From Candidatus Krumholzibacteriia bacterium (GTDB lineage Bacteria; Krumholzibacteriota; Krumholzibacteriia; Krumholzibacteriales; Krumholzibacteriaceae): a stretch of DNA of 64,000 nt. Shown here piece by piece: positions 22,698 to 33,000 of this stretch. The notes below the pieces were generated by a model. It worked only from the letters and a program-made list of their open reading frames with translations, was not told the origin of the DNA and did not search any database. The DNA lies in assembly GCA_963836185.1 (NCBI GenBank), contig CAWIIQ010000001.1:1888001-1952000 (forward strand). Reading direction: 5' to 3'. Every line of letters starts with the position of its first letter. Positions within the stretch are counted from its first letter, which is position 1. A program made the translations under genes and the position numbers.

Positions 22698-23267
22698 ATG
22701 AAACTCGAAGATTTTGAACTCAGGGGGACCAACCTGAAGTCCTCCGATTTCAAGACGGGCAAGGTGCTCACGGTGGAGTGGGAGCCCGACCTGAAGTACG
22801 CCTGGGATGACGGCGTCGCTATCGGCCGATACCTCGCGGAACTCGGGAATGGCAGGATCATCGCCAGGACATGCTACAAGTGCAACCGGACGATGCTGCC
22901 GCCGAGGATGTTCTGCGAGCTGTGCTTCCGGCCCACCGATGAGTGGACATTTGTCAAGGACACAGGCGTGATCGAGACCTTCAGCATAGCGAAGGTCAAC
23001 TGGGACGCCTCGAGGCGCGGCCCCAAGGAGCCGCCCCTGCTTCCCGCGGTCATCGTGATCGATGGCGCATCGGAGGGCATGGGCATCATGCACATGCTCG
23101 GCGAGGTCGATCCGAAGGACCTGAAGATCGGCATGAAGGTGCAAGCTGTCTGGAAGAAGCCCGAGGACCGCACCGGCGCAATAACAGACATCCTCTATTT
23201 CAAGCCTGTCGGGGCGAAGAAAAAGGCAAAGAAAAAAGCCGCTCCTAAAACGAAGGGAAAGAGGTGA
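22698..23267 (+). CDS. DUF35 Zn-ribbon/OB-fold protein
   Basis: CYKC...PPRMFCELC, G.IETFS, IGMKVQAVW. Confidence 0.9.
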   Translation: MKLEDFELRGTNLKSSDFKTGKVLTVEWEPDLKYAWDDGVAIGRYLAELGNGRIIARTCYKCNRTMLPPRMFCELCFRPTDEWTFVKDTGVIETFSIAKVNWDASRRGPKEPPLLPAVIVIDGASEGMGIMHMLGEVDPKDLKIGMKVQAVWKKPEDRTGAITDILYFKPVGAKKKAKKKAAPKTKGKR

Positions 23268-23274
23268 GATAAGC

Positions 23275-23751
23275 ATGGCGATAACAGAGAAGATAACAAA
23301 CACGACGACTCCTACCTTCTGGGAAGGAGCCATCCCCGTCCGCTACGTCTACACCTACGGACTGGCCGGCGAGAAATTCTTCCGTACCGTCAAGGACAAG
23401 GGCACCTTCCTCGCGACGTACTGCGAGGACTGCGATATCTCCTTCGTCCCTCCGAAGATCTATTGCGACCGCTGCTTCAACGAGCTCGATTCGTACATAG
23501 ACGTCGGCACGATCGGATACGTCGAGACTTTCACCCTTTCGTTCCAGAATATGGACGGATCGGAGAAGCCGGTCCCGGAGCTCCTCGCTATGGTCCGTAT
23601 CGGGGATACGGATGGAGGACTGATCCACTACCTCAAGGGATTCGAGATCGATGAGATAGGGATAGGGATGCCCGTAAAGGCCGTATTCAAGCCGAAGGCG
23701 AAAAGGAACGGTTCGATAGAGGATATCATCGGGTTCGGCCCGCTGAAGTAG
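23275..23751 (+). CDS. Second DUF35 Zn-ribbon/OB-fold protein
   Basis: CEDC...PPKIYCDRC, G.VETFT, IGMPVKAVF. Confidence 0.9.
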   Translation: MAITEKITNTTTPTFWEGAIPVRYVYTYGLAGEKFFRTVKDKGTFLATYCEDCDISFVPPKIYCDRCFNELDSYIDVGTIGYVETFTLSFQNMDGSEKPVPELLAMVRIGDTDGGLIHYLKGFEIDEIGIGMPVKAVFKPKAKRNGSIEDIIGFGPLK

Positions 23752-23774
23752 GATCGGCGAACCGTAATGATCAG

Positions 23775-23807
23775 GCCGGCGCCCTGTATCCCGGGGCGTC
23801 GGCTTTT
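23775..23807 (+). terminator. Rho-independent terminator of the thiolase/DUF35 operon
   Basis: GCCGGCGCCC-9 nt-GGGCGTCGGC followed by TTTT. Confidence 0.7.
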
Positions 23808-23847
23808 GCGTTGTTACTCTCCCTCCCCTGCTGTTATATTCGTTGCC

Positions 23848-24945
23848 ATGACTACCTGCATTCATGTCATACATTCGCTCGAGTACGGTGGAGCCCAGAA
23901 GGATATCTACTACTACGCGAAATTCCACGACCGGAAAAAGCACAACGTGGAAGTCGTCACATTCTGTCCCGGCGGGGAGATGACCGCAGAGATCGAGACC
24001 CTCGGTATAAAGGTCCATGTCATCGGTTCGAAATCGTCCGACCTGAGCGCAATTTTCCGCCTCTCGAGGATTTTCAGTAACAGAAAAGCGAAAATAGCTC
24101 ATTTCCACAACCCCCTTCCCGTATTCACGGGCGTCCCCGCGGCTGAGGCCAGCCGTGTCCCCGTGAAGATACTGACCGAACACAGCATCGACTATACGGG
24201 AAGAACGGGCGGCCGCCTGGCGACAGCCCTCTACGGGAAGCTCCGCCGAAGGCTCGATCTTGTGATCGCGTGTTCGGAGGAAGTCAGGAACTCACATCTT
24301 CACGCGCTGAAACCGGAACGCCTGATCACGATACCGAACGGGGTCGACCTCGAGTCATTCGACACGCCGCTGACAGAGAGTGTTGATCCCGGCATATTTC
24401 ACATCGGGTGTATCGGCAGTCTTACGCCCCAGAAGGGGTACACCCACATGATCGAAGCGGTCCGGATCATAAAATCCAGGGATATCCCGGTGAAGCTGAC
24501 ATTTGTTGGCGACGGACCGCTGAGAGGAGAACTGGAGGAGCAGTCGATCCGCTCAGGACTTGAAGGAACTGTCATATTTAAAGGACTCCTTAAGGATGTC
24601 GCGAACGAATTGAAGACATTCGATGTCGTCGCGGGGTCCTCGCTGCGCGAGGGCCTGCCGATCGGGATCCTCGAGGCGATGGCATCAGGCAGGGCAGTTG
24701 TGACTACCGACATCGGAGGGAACAGGGAAGCTGTCTCAGATGGAGTAACGGGACTTCTAGTACCTCCCTCCGACCCCGATGCGCTGGCTCAGGCCCTCGA
24801 ATCGTTGTGGGCAGACGGGGAGAAACGTACGTCGATGGGGCTGGCGGGCCGCGCCCGGGTCGAGGAGCGTTTCTCCGCGAGAAAGATGGTCGCCGATACT
24901 GAACGTATCTACGGCACACTTCTTCACAAGGGAGCCGCTCATTGA
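23848..24945 (+). CDS. Glycosyltransferase family 4
   Basis: HVIHSLEYGGAQ, IPNGVD, QKG, VGDGPLR, EGLPIGILEAMASG. Confidence 0.92.
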   Translation: MTTCIHVIHSLEYGGAQKDIYYYAKFHDRKKHNVEVVTFCPGGEMTAEIETLGIKVHVIGSKSSDLSAIFRLSRIFSNRKAKIAHFHNPLPVFTGVPAAEASRVPVKILTEHSIDYTGRTGGRLATALYGKLRRRLDLVIACSEEVRNSHLHALKPERLITIPNGVDLESFDTPLTESVDPGIFHIGCIGSLTPQKGYTHMIEAVRIIKSRDIPVKLTFVGDGPLRGELEEQSIRSGLEGTVIFKGLLKDVANELKTFDVVAGSSLREGLPIGILEAMASGRAVVTTDIGGNREAVSDGVTGLLVPPSDPDALAQALESLWADGEKRTSMGLAGRARVEERFSARKMVADTERIYGTLLHKGAAH

Positions 24946-26036
24946 TGAAGGAGTCGCTTCATATCTGCGCCACGGGCGATATCGGCTTTCACGGCAGAGC
25001 TGGCGAAGACATCGCGGCCCATGGAGCTCAATATCCCTTCGAGAAGATCTCTGGATCCCTTTCGCGCGCCGACATAGTCATCGGCAACCTCGAGATCCCC
25101 TTTGTCCCTGAAGGCGCACGGCCGGAGCGCCGCGACATCTCGCCGGAGTTCCGTTCCGATCCCGCCGCCGCCGGAGCGCTGAGGGCGGCAGGATTCGACA
25201 TCGTTTCCCTGGCAAACAATCACATCATGGACTACGGCATCAGGGGGCTTGAGACGACACTGGAAACACTGGACAATAGCGGTATAGCGCACACCGGCGC
25301 CGGAATGAATCTCGCCGAGGCAAGGCAGCCGGCGGTCATCGAGAAAGAGGGCAGACGGCTCGGGATGCTCTCATATGCCATGAAAGGAAAGCATACTGCC
25401 AGATCCGAGACACCCGGGGCAGCTCCACTCGACGAAGCGATCATTCTCGAAGATATTGCGCGTTTGAAGGAGAGAGCCGACGACCTTGTCGTATCACTAC
25501 ATTTCGGCATGATCTATACCGACTACCCGAAGCGTGAGCATCAGAAACTGTCCAGAAAAATCATCGATGCCGGGGCCAACGCAGTGCTCGGTCACCACCC
25601 TCACCTCATCCAGGGAATCGAGGATTACGGAGATGGGATCATCGCCTATAGTCTCGGGGAGATCCTTTTCGACCCGTCTTCCGGATATGTCGAGGCATCT
25701 CACGTGGAAGACTTGAGAAGACAGTCTATGATACTCGAGCTTATAATATCGAACGAAGGAACCGTGGCGACAGTTCTGCCTGTATGTACCGGTGAGGACC
25801 TGCGGCCGGGTCTCTGCGGGGAAGAGATGGAAAACATGATCCTGACAAGGCTTCAGGCGATATCATCCGTCCTTCCTGGATATGATATAGATTTTGACCG
25901 TCACCTGGCGCGGCGGACGACGGGGCATGAGACAAGGGTCCTCATGTACAACCTGCGCCGGCTGAATTTCGGTTATGCGGTGAAAAAGCTCACGAAGTTG
26001 AGGTTCTCGCATATCAGGTCGCTTTTCCGGAAGTAA
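24945..26036 (+). CDS. CapA/PgsA-family metallophosphoesterase-like protein
   Basis: TGDI, GNLE, SLANNHIMDYG, GAGMNL.EA, SLHFG, DAGA..VLGHHPH..QGIE, YSLG. Confidence 0.9.
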   Translation: MKESLHICATGDIGFHGRAGEDIAAHGAQYPFEKISGSLSRADIVIGNLEIPFVPEGARPERRDISPEFRSDPAAAGALRAAGFDIVSLANNHIMDYGIRGLETTLETLDNSGIAHTGAGMNLAEARQPAVIEKEGRRLGMLSYAMKGKHTARSETPGAAPLDEAIILEDIARLKERADDLVVSLHFGMIYTDYPKREHQKLSRKIIDAGANAVLGHHPHLIQGIEDYGDGIIAYSLGEILFDPSSGYVEASHVEDLRRQSMILELIISNEGTVATVLPVCTGEDLRPGLCGEEMENMILTRLQAISSVLPGYDIDFDRHLARRTTGHETRVLMYNLRRLNFGYAVKKLTKLRFSHIRSLFRK

Positions 26037-26051
26037 GATGGAGGCGTCATC

Positions 26052-27149
26052 CTGAAACGAAAACGTGTCCTTCTCGTCGGCCCCCTGCCTCCCCCTGTAG
26101 GTGGAGACACCGTATCGACCTCGACCCTTCTAAAAAGCATGTACTGGGATACGGCCGGGCTCGAGATCGACCACATCGACACATCGGCGGGTGGAGAAGT
26201 AAAACTCACCGAAGTGAAAAGAAGCTGGAAAGACATACCGCGCGCGCTGAGTATACTCGCACAGCTGCTGGTGAAGCTGCCCGGATCAGATATCCTTCTA
26301 CTCTGGGCCAACAGCAGCTTTATCTGTTCTCTCGGCATACCGGTGATGCGGATAACTCGCATCTTCAGAAAGCCGTACATGGTGAAGATATTCGGTGCGA
26401 TGCTTCCAGAGAGAATCGACGCCCTGGGGCCCAATCGCAGAAAGACGGTCTTGTCACTGCTCGGCAGGGCGCGCTATGTGCTTCCACAGACAAGATTCCT
26501 CGCGGATGAACTCGCCGTTCGGAGCGGCCTCGATCGAGAACGTATCGTACAGTTCCCCAATTTTCTTCCAGATTCATATTTCACGAAGGCAGCGCCGAAA
26601 GAGAAATTCTCGGGCAGATGTGTCTTCATCGGACAGATAAAGAGCGAGAAGGGTGTTTTCGATATCATCGAGAGCATCGGTGGCAGAAAGGATGTCAGCT
26701 GCGATTTCTACGGCCAGCATCTGGAGAGGGACGCTGAACGTTTCATGCTCGAACTTAAAGCTTCCCCCAACTGCTTCTACAGGGGCACCCTCACCCGGGA
26801 TGAAGTGATGAAGGTCCTCGAGCGATACGATATCCTCCTCCTCCCCACCACACATCCCGGAGAGGGGTATCCGGCTGTCATACTCGAGGCATTCGCCGCC
26901 GGGATGCCGGTGATAAGCACAAAATGGATGGCGATACCTGAACTGGTCGAAGATGGAGAGAGAGGACTCCTTGTACCTCCATCCTCCCCTTATCACATCT
27001 CAGCCGCCCTGGATCTCCTTCTCAAGGATCAGCAGCTCTACTCGACCCTCGCGAGAAACGCTTACGAGTATGTCGGACGTTTCTCTGAAAAAGCGGTAGT
27101 TGGCGATCTTTTAACCGGCCTTGTAACAGGTACGTCAGGTGATAAATGA
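26052..27149 (+). CDS. Glycosyltransferase family 4 (probable CTG start)
   Basis: GGAGG 7 nt before in-frame CTG 26052 gives KRKRVLLVGPLPPPVGG. Also EKG and EGYPAVILEAFAAG. Confidence 0.88.
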   Translation: MKRKRVLLVGPLPPPVGGDTVSTSTLLKSMYWDTAGLEIDHIDTSAGGEVKLTEVKRSWKDIPRALSILAQLLVKLPGSDILLLWANSSFICSLGIPVMRITRIFRKPYMVKIFGAMLPERIDALGPNRRKTVLSLLGRARYVLPQTRFLADELAVRSGLDRERIVQFPNFLPDSYFTKAAPKEKFSGRCVFIGQIKSEKGVFDIIESIGGRKDVSCDFYGQHLERDAERFMLELKASPNCFYRGTLTRDEVMKVLERYDILLLPTTHPGEGYPAVILEAFAAGMPVISTKWMAIPELVEDGERGLLVPPSSPYHISAALDLLLKDQQLYSTLARNAYEYVGRFSEKAVVGDLLTGLVTGTSGDK

Positions 27150-28474
27150 GTTCCGGAATCTACAGGACAATATACATCATCGGGAGCCGGCTGCGCGGCA
27201 CGCCGGTCATCCCCTTCCTGCGCGAACTCGAAGAGTCCCAGTGGTGGGATATCGAGCGCACCCGCGAGTACCAGCTCGAAAGGCTGCGGAAACTCCTGCG
27301 CCACGCCGAAGAGTTTTCACCTTTCTATAGAGATATCATCCGTCAGCGCGAGTTCAAGGCTGATACAGTATCGCTCGATGAGCTTAATAGCCTGCCTGCC
27401 GTTAGCAAGGATCAGATAAAAGAAAACTTCGCGGATATACAGAATCATGGGCTCGGCGGGAGCCTCATCCCCTCGAAGACCTCGGGCAGCACCGGCGAAC
27501 CGCTCAAGTTCTACCGCGGCTCCGAATGGGACGCCCAGCACCGGGCCGCCGTCGCGAGAGGCTACAGCTGGTACGGAGTCTACCCGTGGACGAGAAGCGG
27601 CCTTCTCTGGGGGCTGCCCGCTGGTAGATCAGCTCTCCTCAAGACAAAGATCGAAGATTCCCTGCAGAACCGTTTCCGGGAGAAAAGATTCGATCTCTCA
27701 CCTGATACGCTCGAAAGGTTCTACAGACAACTTTCCGGCGCGGGATTTATCGAGGGTTACTCGAGCATGATCTATGAGCTGGCAAGATTCATCAATACGC
27801 ATCATCCCGGCGAGAAATATATCTCCCTGTCGCTCGTAAAGGGGACTTCTGAGAAGATATATCCTCGATACCATGAGGAATCACGAAAAGCCTTCGGGCG
27901 AAGGATGACGAGCGAGTATGGAGCCGCCGAGACGGGGATCATAGCCTTCGAATGTCCCGATGGGAACATGCACATCAACATGGAACATGTCATCGTCGAA
28001 GAAGAGGACGGCGAAATCATAGTCACCAACCTGCTGTCATACTCCTTCCCCTTCATAAGGTACAGGCTGGGCGACCACATCAGGATGGCAGGCTATATTA
28101 ACTGTCCGTGCGGGAGAAAGAGCCCGGTCATAAGCGAGATAACCGGAAGGATCGGAAAGAGAATATTCGGCACTGGAGGCAGCGAGTTCCCCAGCCTTAC
28201 CGTCTATTATATAATCAACGCACTGTACGAGGATTTCCCCGGCCTCTCGAGACTGCAGGCGCGGCAGGAATCAAAAGGAGAAATTGATTTTCTGGCGACA
28301 TATGATAGCAAGCCTGACAGCGGGAAGCTCTCCGCAATGGAGAAACGGCTCGATACCCTTATCGGTAAATACTACGGGGAGAATATCGAAGCGAAACTCG
28401 CTCTCGTCGAATCGATCGTCAACGAGGGAGACAAGAAACTCGACTTCATCTCACACCTTCCCCAGGGGAGCTGA
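27146..28474 (+). CDS. Phenylacetate-CoA-ligase-like adenylating enzyme (CapK-type)
   Basis: TSGSTGEP, EYGAAE, VTNL...FPFIRYRLGD, CPCGR, ITGR. Confidence 0.88.
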   Translation: MSSGIYRTIYIIGSRLRGTPVIPFLRELEESQWWDIERTREYQLERLRKLLRHAEEFSPFYRDIIRQREFKADTVSLDELNSLPAVSKDQIKENFADIQNHGLGGSLIPSKTSGSTGEPLKFYRGSEWDAQHRAAVARGYSWYGVYPWTRSGLLWGLPAGRSALLKTKIEDSLQNRFREKRFDLSPDTLERFYRQLSGAGFIEGYSSMIYELARFINTHHPGEKYISLSLVKGTSEKIYPRYHEESRKAFGRRMTSEYGAAETGIIAFECPDGNMHINMEHVIVEEEDGEIIVTNLLSYSFPFIRYRLGDHIRMAGYINCPCGRKSPVISEITGRIGKRIFGTGGSEFPSLTVYYIINALYEDFPGLSRLQARQESKGEIDFLATYDSKPDSGKLSAMEKRLDTLIGKYYGENIEAKLALVESIVNEGDKKLDFISHLPQGS

Positions 28475-29147
28475 CCGGCAGGTCGGGCATGCCCTCGTAC
28501 CTGACCACATTATCCGGCATTCCACAGTAGACGAAGCTGTTGTTCATATGATCGCGTTCATCGAGGCCGATACGCATGAAAACATCAGCCCATGTATGAA
28601 GCGTGCCTGTATCGTCAACGACCGGATTGTTCACCGGCTGATCGGCCCACTCGGGATGATCCTCGACGAATTTCGCGTAGACATGCTCGGCATGGTCCTC
28701 GAACTCGGCGTTGAAGAGGAAAGCCCTGCGGATATTGCATACAGCCATCAACCGCGTCATGATCACGTAACCAGTCACCATGACCCAGGGAATCAGCGGC
28801 ATGAGATACCAGGGATCTTTCAATCCTTCTTCCTTCATCTTCTCGTTGATCGCCAGCAGGTGCCAGTACTCGTTGTCCTGAGCAGCTCTTCCCCACTCCT
28901 TGATGCCGTCTGCGTACCTGACCCTGTCAAGATCCCTATATATCCTTGTCAGCCTGGTATACTGCCGTATCTCCCACGACCTGTACGGGATGCTGGCAAG
29001 CGTCTCGATAAGTTTGGTCTTCGCTAGGGTTGTCTTTTTACCGGTGACCATATCCATAAGGCCGAAGAAGATCTTCGCCGCCAGGGAATACCGGTACCTC
29101 GGCCTGCCAAGACTCACCTGCTGTTCTTTCTTAAGGTCTATCTGCAT
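28446..29147 (-). CDS. Alternative-oxidase/PTOX-like di-iron carboxylate membrane protein
   Basis: LIETLASIPY, DNEYWHL, EFEDHAEHVY, IGLDERDH match the AOX ligand spacing (LET, NERMH, LEEEA..Y, RADE..H). Confidence 0.75.
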   Translation of the reverse strand: MQIDLKKEQQVSLGRPRYRYSLAAKIFFGLMDMVTGKKTTLAKTKLIETLASIPYRSWEIRQYTRLTRIYRDLDRVRYADGIKEWGRAAQDNEYWHLLAINEKMKEEGLKDPWYLMPLIPWVMVTGYVIMTRLMAVCNIRRAFLFNAEFEDHAEHVYAKFVEDHPEWADQPVNNPVVDDTGTLHTWADVFMRIGLDERDHMNNSFVYCGMPDNVVRYEGMPDLPVSSPGEGVR

Positions 29148-29272
29148 ATTGAAGCCTCCTGTGGGCAGAAATGTACATAATTTCCATCAATATTTCACTT
29201 AAAATTGTTCTTAAATAAAAAATGCGCTGTTTCAAAAACACAGCGCATCTTATTCTCAAGTCAGCAAGTGCC

Positions 29273-30052
29273 TTATTTACTCATCGCTGCGACTTCTTTC
29301 TTCGCATGCTGCAAATCAGCGAGAAAGCCTGGGTCGGCATGAAGCCGGGCTACGGTCGCAGCCCCCATGAACCTTCCCTCGTTCACGTCACTCTGCCAGT
29401 GTACATTGCAGACTACTCGGCTTTCACCGAACTCCCTCCCCCTGGCAAGGATGTCGTCAGCGTGCTCAGGGAAGATCTCGCACAGGATCAAGGCCCATGC
29501 CCAGCCGATCGCCGTATGGCCCGAAGGATAGGAGCCATCCCCTCGCAGGAGCTCTTCGCCATCCGGTGTACAGATCGGCTTTCCATTCATCATGAACGGG
29601 CGCTTACGCGCGTAATGATTTTTCGCGGTATAGGTCGAGAGCCCCGCATCAGTGAGACTCCGGCGAAGAAGCATGTAAAGATATGGCGTCACCTCCTCGG
29701 TGATCGACATGCCGATGACTTCTGAAAAAGCTTCGGCAGCTGCAGGGAAATGAAGTTCGGCGTCCCTGAACGCAAGCTCCCATCGAGGCGTGTCCTGAAA
29801 TTCCAGGGACAAACTGCTCATCTCCATATCCAGTGCGAATGCGGCCGACCCCTCGAGCGGAGGAGGCGGTATCAGCCCGAGGGCGTTGGGCAGGGTCTCT
29901 TCAGCAAGATACCCCTTCAATAACCCGGGGCGGATCTCTTCGACAGGAGCCGGTCCGCTTTCCTTTTCAGCAAGCGAACATCCGCCGATGACAGAAAAGC
30001 TGGCCAACAGGAATAATCCGAGTGTCAGGTTACCGTATATGTTCCTTTTCAT
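29273..30052 (-). CDS. Class A non-specific acid phosphatase (PAP2), lipoprotein
   Basis: KNHYARKRP, SYPSGH, SRVVCNVHWQSD; lipobox IGGC after ATG 30052. Confidence 0.9.
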   Translation of the reverse strand: MKRNIYGNLTLGLFLLASFSVIGGCSLAEKESGPAPVEEIRPGLLKGYLAEETLPNALGLIPPPPLEGSAAFALDMEMSSLSLEFQDTPRWELAFRDAELHFPAAAEAFSEVIGMSITEEVTPYLYMLLRRSLTDAGLSTYTAKNHYARKRPFMMNGKPICTPDGEELLRGDGSYPSGHTAIGWAWALILCEIFPEHADDILARGREFGESRVVCNVHWQSDVNEGRFMGAATVARLHADPGFLADLQHAKKEVAAMSK

Positions 30053-30081
30053 TTTCTCACCTTTCAAGCTGAGGTTAAGGA

Positions 30082-33000
30082 TCACTTGCCTCGCTGACTG
30101 GGCTTCTTCCACGTTCTTTTTCTCTCGAATATCGTATAGACCACCGGAATAAGTACCAGGGTGATCAGTGACGAGCTGAGGAGCCCGCCGATCACGACGC
30201 GAGCGAGCGGAGCCTGAGCCTCGCCTCCCTCTCCGAAGCCTATGGCGAGGGGCAGAAGGCCGAGGACGGTGGTCATAGTGGTCATGAGAATAGGGCGCAG
30301 CCTGTCGGAACCTGCCTGCCTGACCGCGGCGACAAGTTCCATCCCGCCTTCCCGGCGGAGCTGGTTCGTATGATGGACGAGCAGGATGGCGTTGTTCACC
30401 ACGACACCGGTCATGATAATACAGCCTATGTAGGCCTGCATGCTGAAGGTCGTGCCTGTCAGGATCATCGTCAGCACGACGCCGATGATCGCCATGGGGA
30501 TGGAGAAGAGGACCACGAACGGATCCCGGAACGATTCGAACTGCCCCGCCATCACCATGTAGACAAGGAAGATGGCCAGGATGATTCCTACGAACAGTTC
30601 CCTGAATGCCTTCTGCTGTTCCTCGTAATCACCGCCGAACAGGATAGCGAAGTCCTTCGGTATGGGAATATGACGGATCTGTTCGCGGATCTCCTCTATC
30701 ACCGTTCCCATATCCTTGCCGGTAAAATTCACTTCGATCTGGATTATTCGTTCCTGATCCTTACGTTCGATCCGTACCGGCCCTTCCTCCCGGACTGTTT
30801 CCACGACATTACGCAGGACGACCGGTTCACCACGGTCATTTACGACAGTGAGGTCGAGCAGCTCCGCCAGGTTCATCCTGTCCTCTTCGCTGAGCCGTAC
30901 GATGACCGGGTGCTGCTTGCCCCCTTCACGGAAGAATGTCGCTCGTTTTCCGCCGACCGCCGTCTCGAGCGCGTCCCCGATACGCGATACTCCCAGGCTG
31001 AGATCGGCCGCCTTGTTCCTGTCGATCCGGATGATCTGCTCGGGGCTCCCTTCCTCCCTGCTGATCCTCGTATCGGTTACGCTGGGGATCGCCTTGACCG
31101 CCTCGTTGATACGCTGGGCAAGCAGGTGAGCGGTCTCCAGGTCGTATCCGCGGACCTCCAGGTTGATCTCGCTCTCTGACGAAGCTCCCATGCGTAAAAT
31201 GAACAGCCCCTGGCCGGCGCGGGTCCTGCAGGTCACTCCGGGAAGGGTGCCGAGCAGCGAGCGAAGATCGTTTGCGACCTGTTCGCTGCTGCGCTTGCGC
31301 TCTCGCCGCGGAACGAGGGTTATCCTTACCTGCGCCGTATGGCCGCCGCGCGCCCTCCATCCCCCGCTACCGACGTAGGAAAGCACCGAAACAGCCTCCG
31401 GCACGTTCTTCTTGACGATCTCCTCGACCGTGCGTGTGGTCTGGTCAACTACCTCGAGCCTCGTGCCCACCGCCATCTCGAGACTTATCCTGACCTCGCC
31501 CTCATCGGTGGCAGGCATCAGTTCAACGCCGATCAGACGGATCAGCAGGATCGAGATGACGAGCAGCGCGCCGGCAGTGATCAATATAGTCTTCTTGTGA
31601 TCAAGGGCCCAGGCGAGCAGCAGTGAGTACTGCCCCTGTACTCGCTGAAAGAGAGCCTCGCTCGAGGCATAGATCCGGTGGACCCGGCTTTCGTCCTTGT
31701 AATGCTGCGCCGACTGGAACCTGAGGAACCGCGAGGCCAGCATCGGTATCAGTGTGAGCGCGACGATAAGGGAACAGAGCAGCGAAAAACTCACCACGTA
31801 GGCCATCTGCCTGAACATGATCCCCGACATACCGCGGATAAACACAACGGGGATGAATACGGCGAGCGTCGTCATCGTACTTGCCAGTATCGCCGACCAG
31901 ACCTCGGAAGTGCCGTCGAGGGCGCTTGCCACGTACGATTTTCCCGATTCACGGTGCCGATAGATGTTCTCGAGCACCACGATCGCGTTGTCCACGAGCA
32001 TACCGATACCGAGGGCAAGCCCGCCGAAGGTAATGATATTTAGCGTGAAGCCCCCGAAATACATCAATCCGAATGCCGCCAGGATCGAAATCGGTATGGC
32101 GGTGGCAATAATAAGCGTACTCGATATATTGCGCAGAAAGAGAAAGAGGATCATGACGGCGAGGATGCCGCCAAGCAGAATGGCTAACCCCATGTTGCTG
32201 ATCGACTGCTTGATATATCTCGAGGTATCTATCAGGGCGATCAGCTTGAGCTGCGGCATATCACGGTTGATCCGGTCCATCTCGGCCCAGACTTCCCGTG
32301 CGACGTTCACCGTGTTCGCGCCTGACTGCTTGCTGACCGAAATGCGCAGCCCAGGTTTCCCGTCGATGCGCACGATCTGACGGATCTCTTCCCACGAGTC
32401 GACAACGTCCGCTACGTCCCTGATCTGGATCGGGGAACCGTCACGGTCAGCAATGACCGTGTTGCGGATCTCATCGATGGTTCGATACTCTCCCTGGGTG
32501 CGGACGAGCACCTCGAGATTCCCTTTATCGTACAGTCCTGCCGGCACGTTCCGGTTCTCACTGCCCAGCGCACTGATGATGGCATCGGTCGATATCCCGA
32601 GCGCCTTGATCTCGGCAGCGTGCAGATCTACATGTATCTCCCTGTTCAGGCCGCCGCGTATATCGACAGCCGCCACGCCCGGCACGCGTTCCAGCCGGTA
32701 TTTCACCTGGTCCTCGACGATCTGCCGGAGGTCGAGCGGATTGAGGCTGCTCGAGACTCCAAGGTACATCACGGGGAAGGCCGAGAGATCGAACTTCCGG
32801 ATCATCGGGCGCTCTATATCCTCGGGCAGCCTTCCCATAACGCGGTCGATGCGGTCGCGGATGTCATTGGCCGCCACGTCGAGCTCGGTGCCCCACGCGA
32901 AAGCGACGCGTACCCGGCTTCGCCCCTCGGTGGACGTCGATGTGATTTCCTCGACTCCCTGAACGGCAGCCAGGGCCTCCTCGATAGGCCGGGATACAGA

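Noticed and set aside
24945-26036. Poly-gamma-glutamate capsule synthesis
   Set aside because: capB/capC are absent from the window; CapA alone is not diagnostic.
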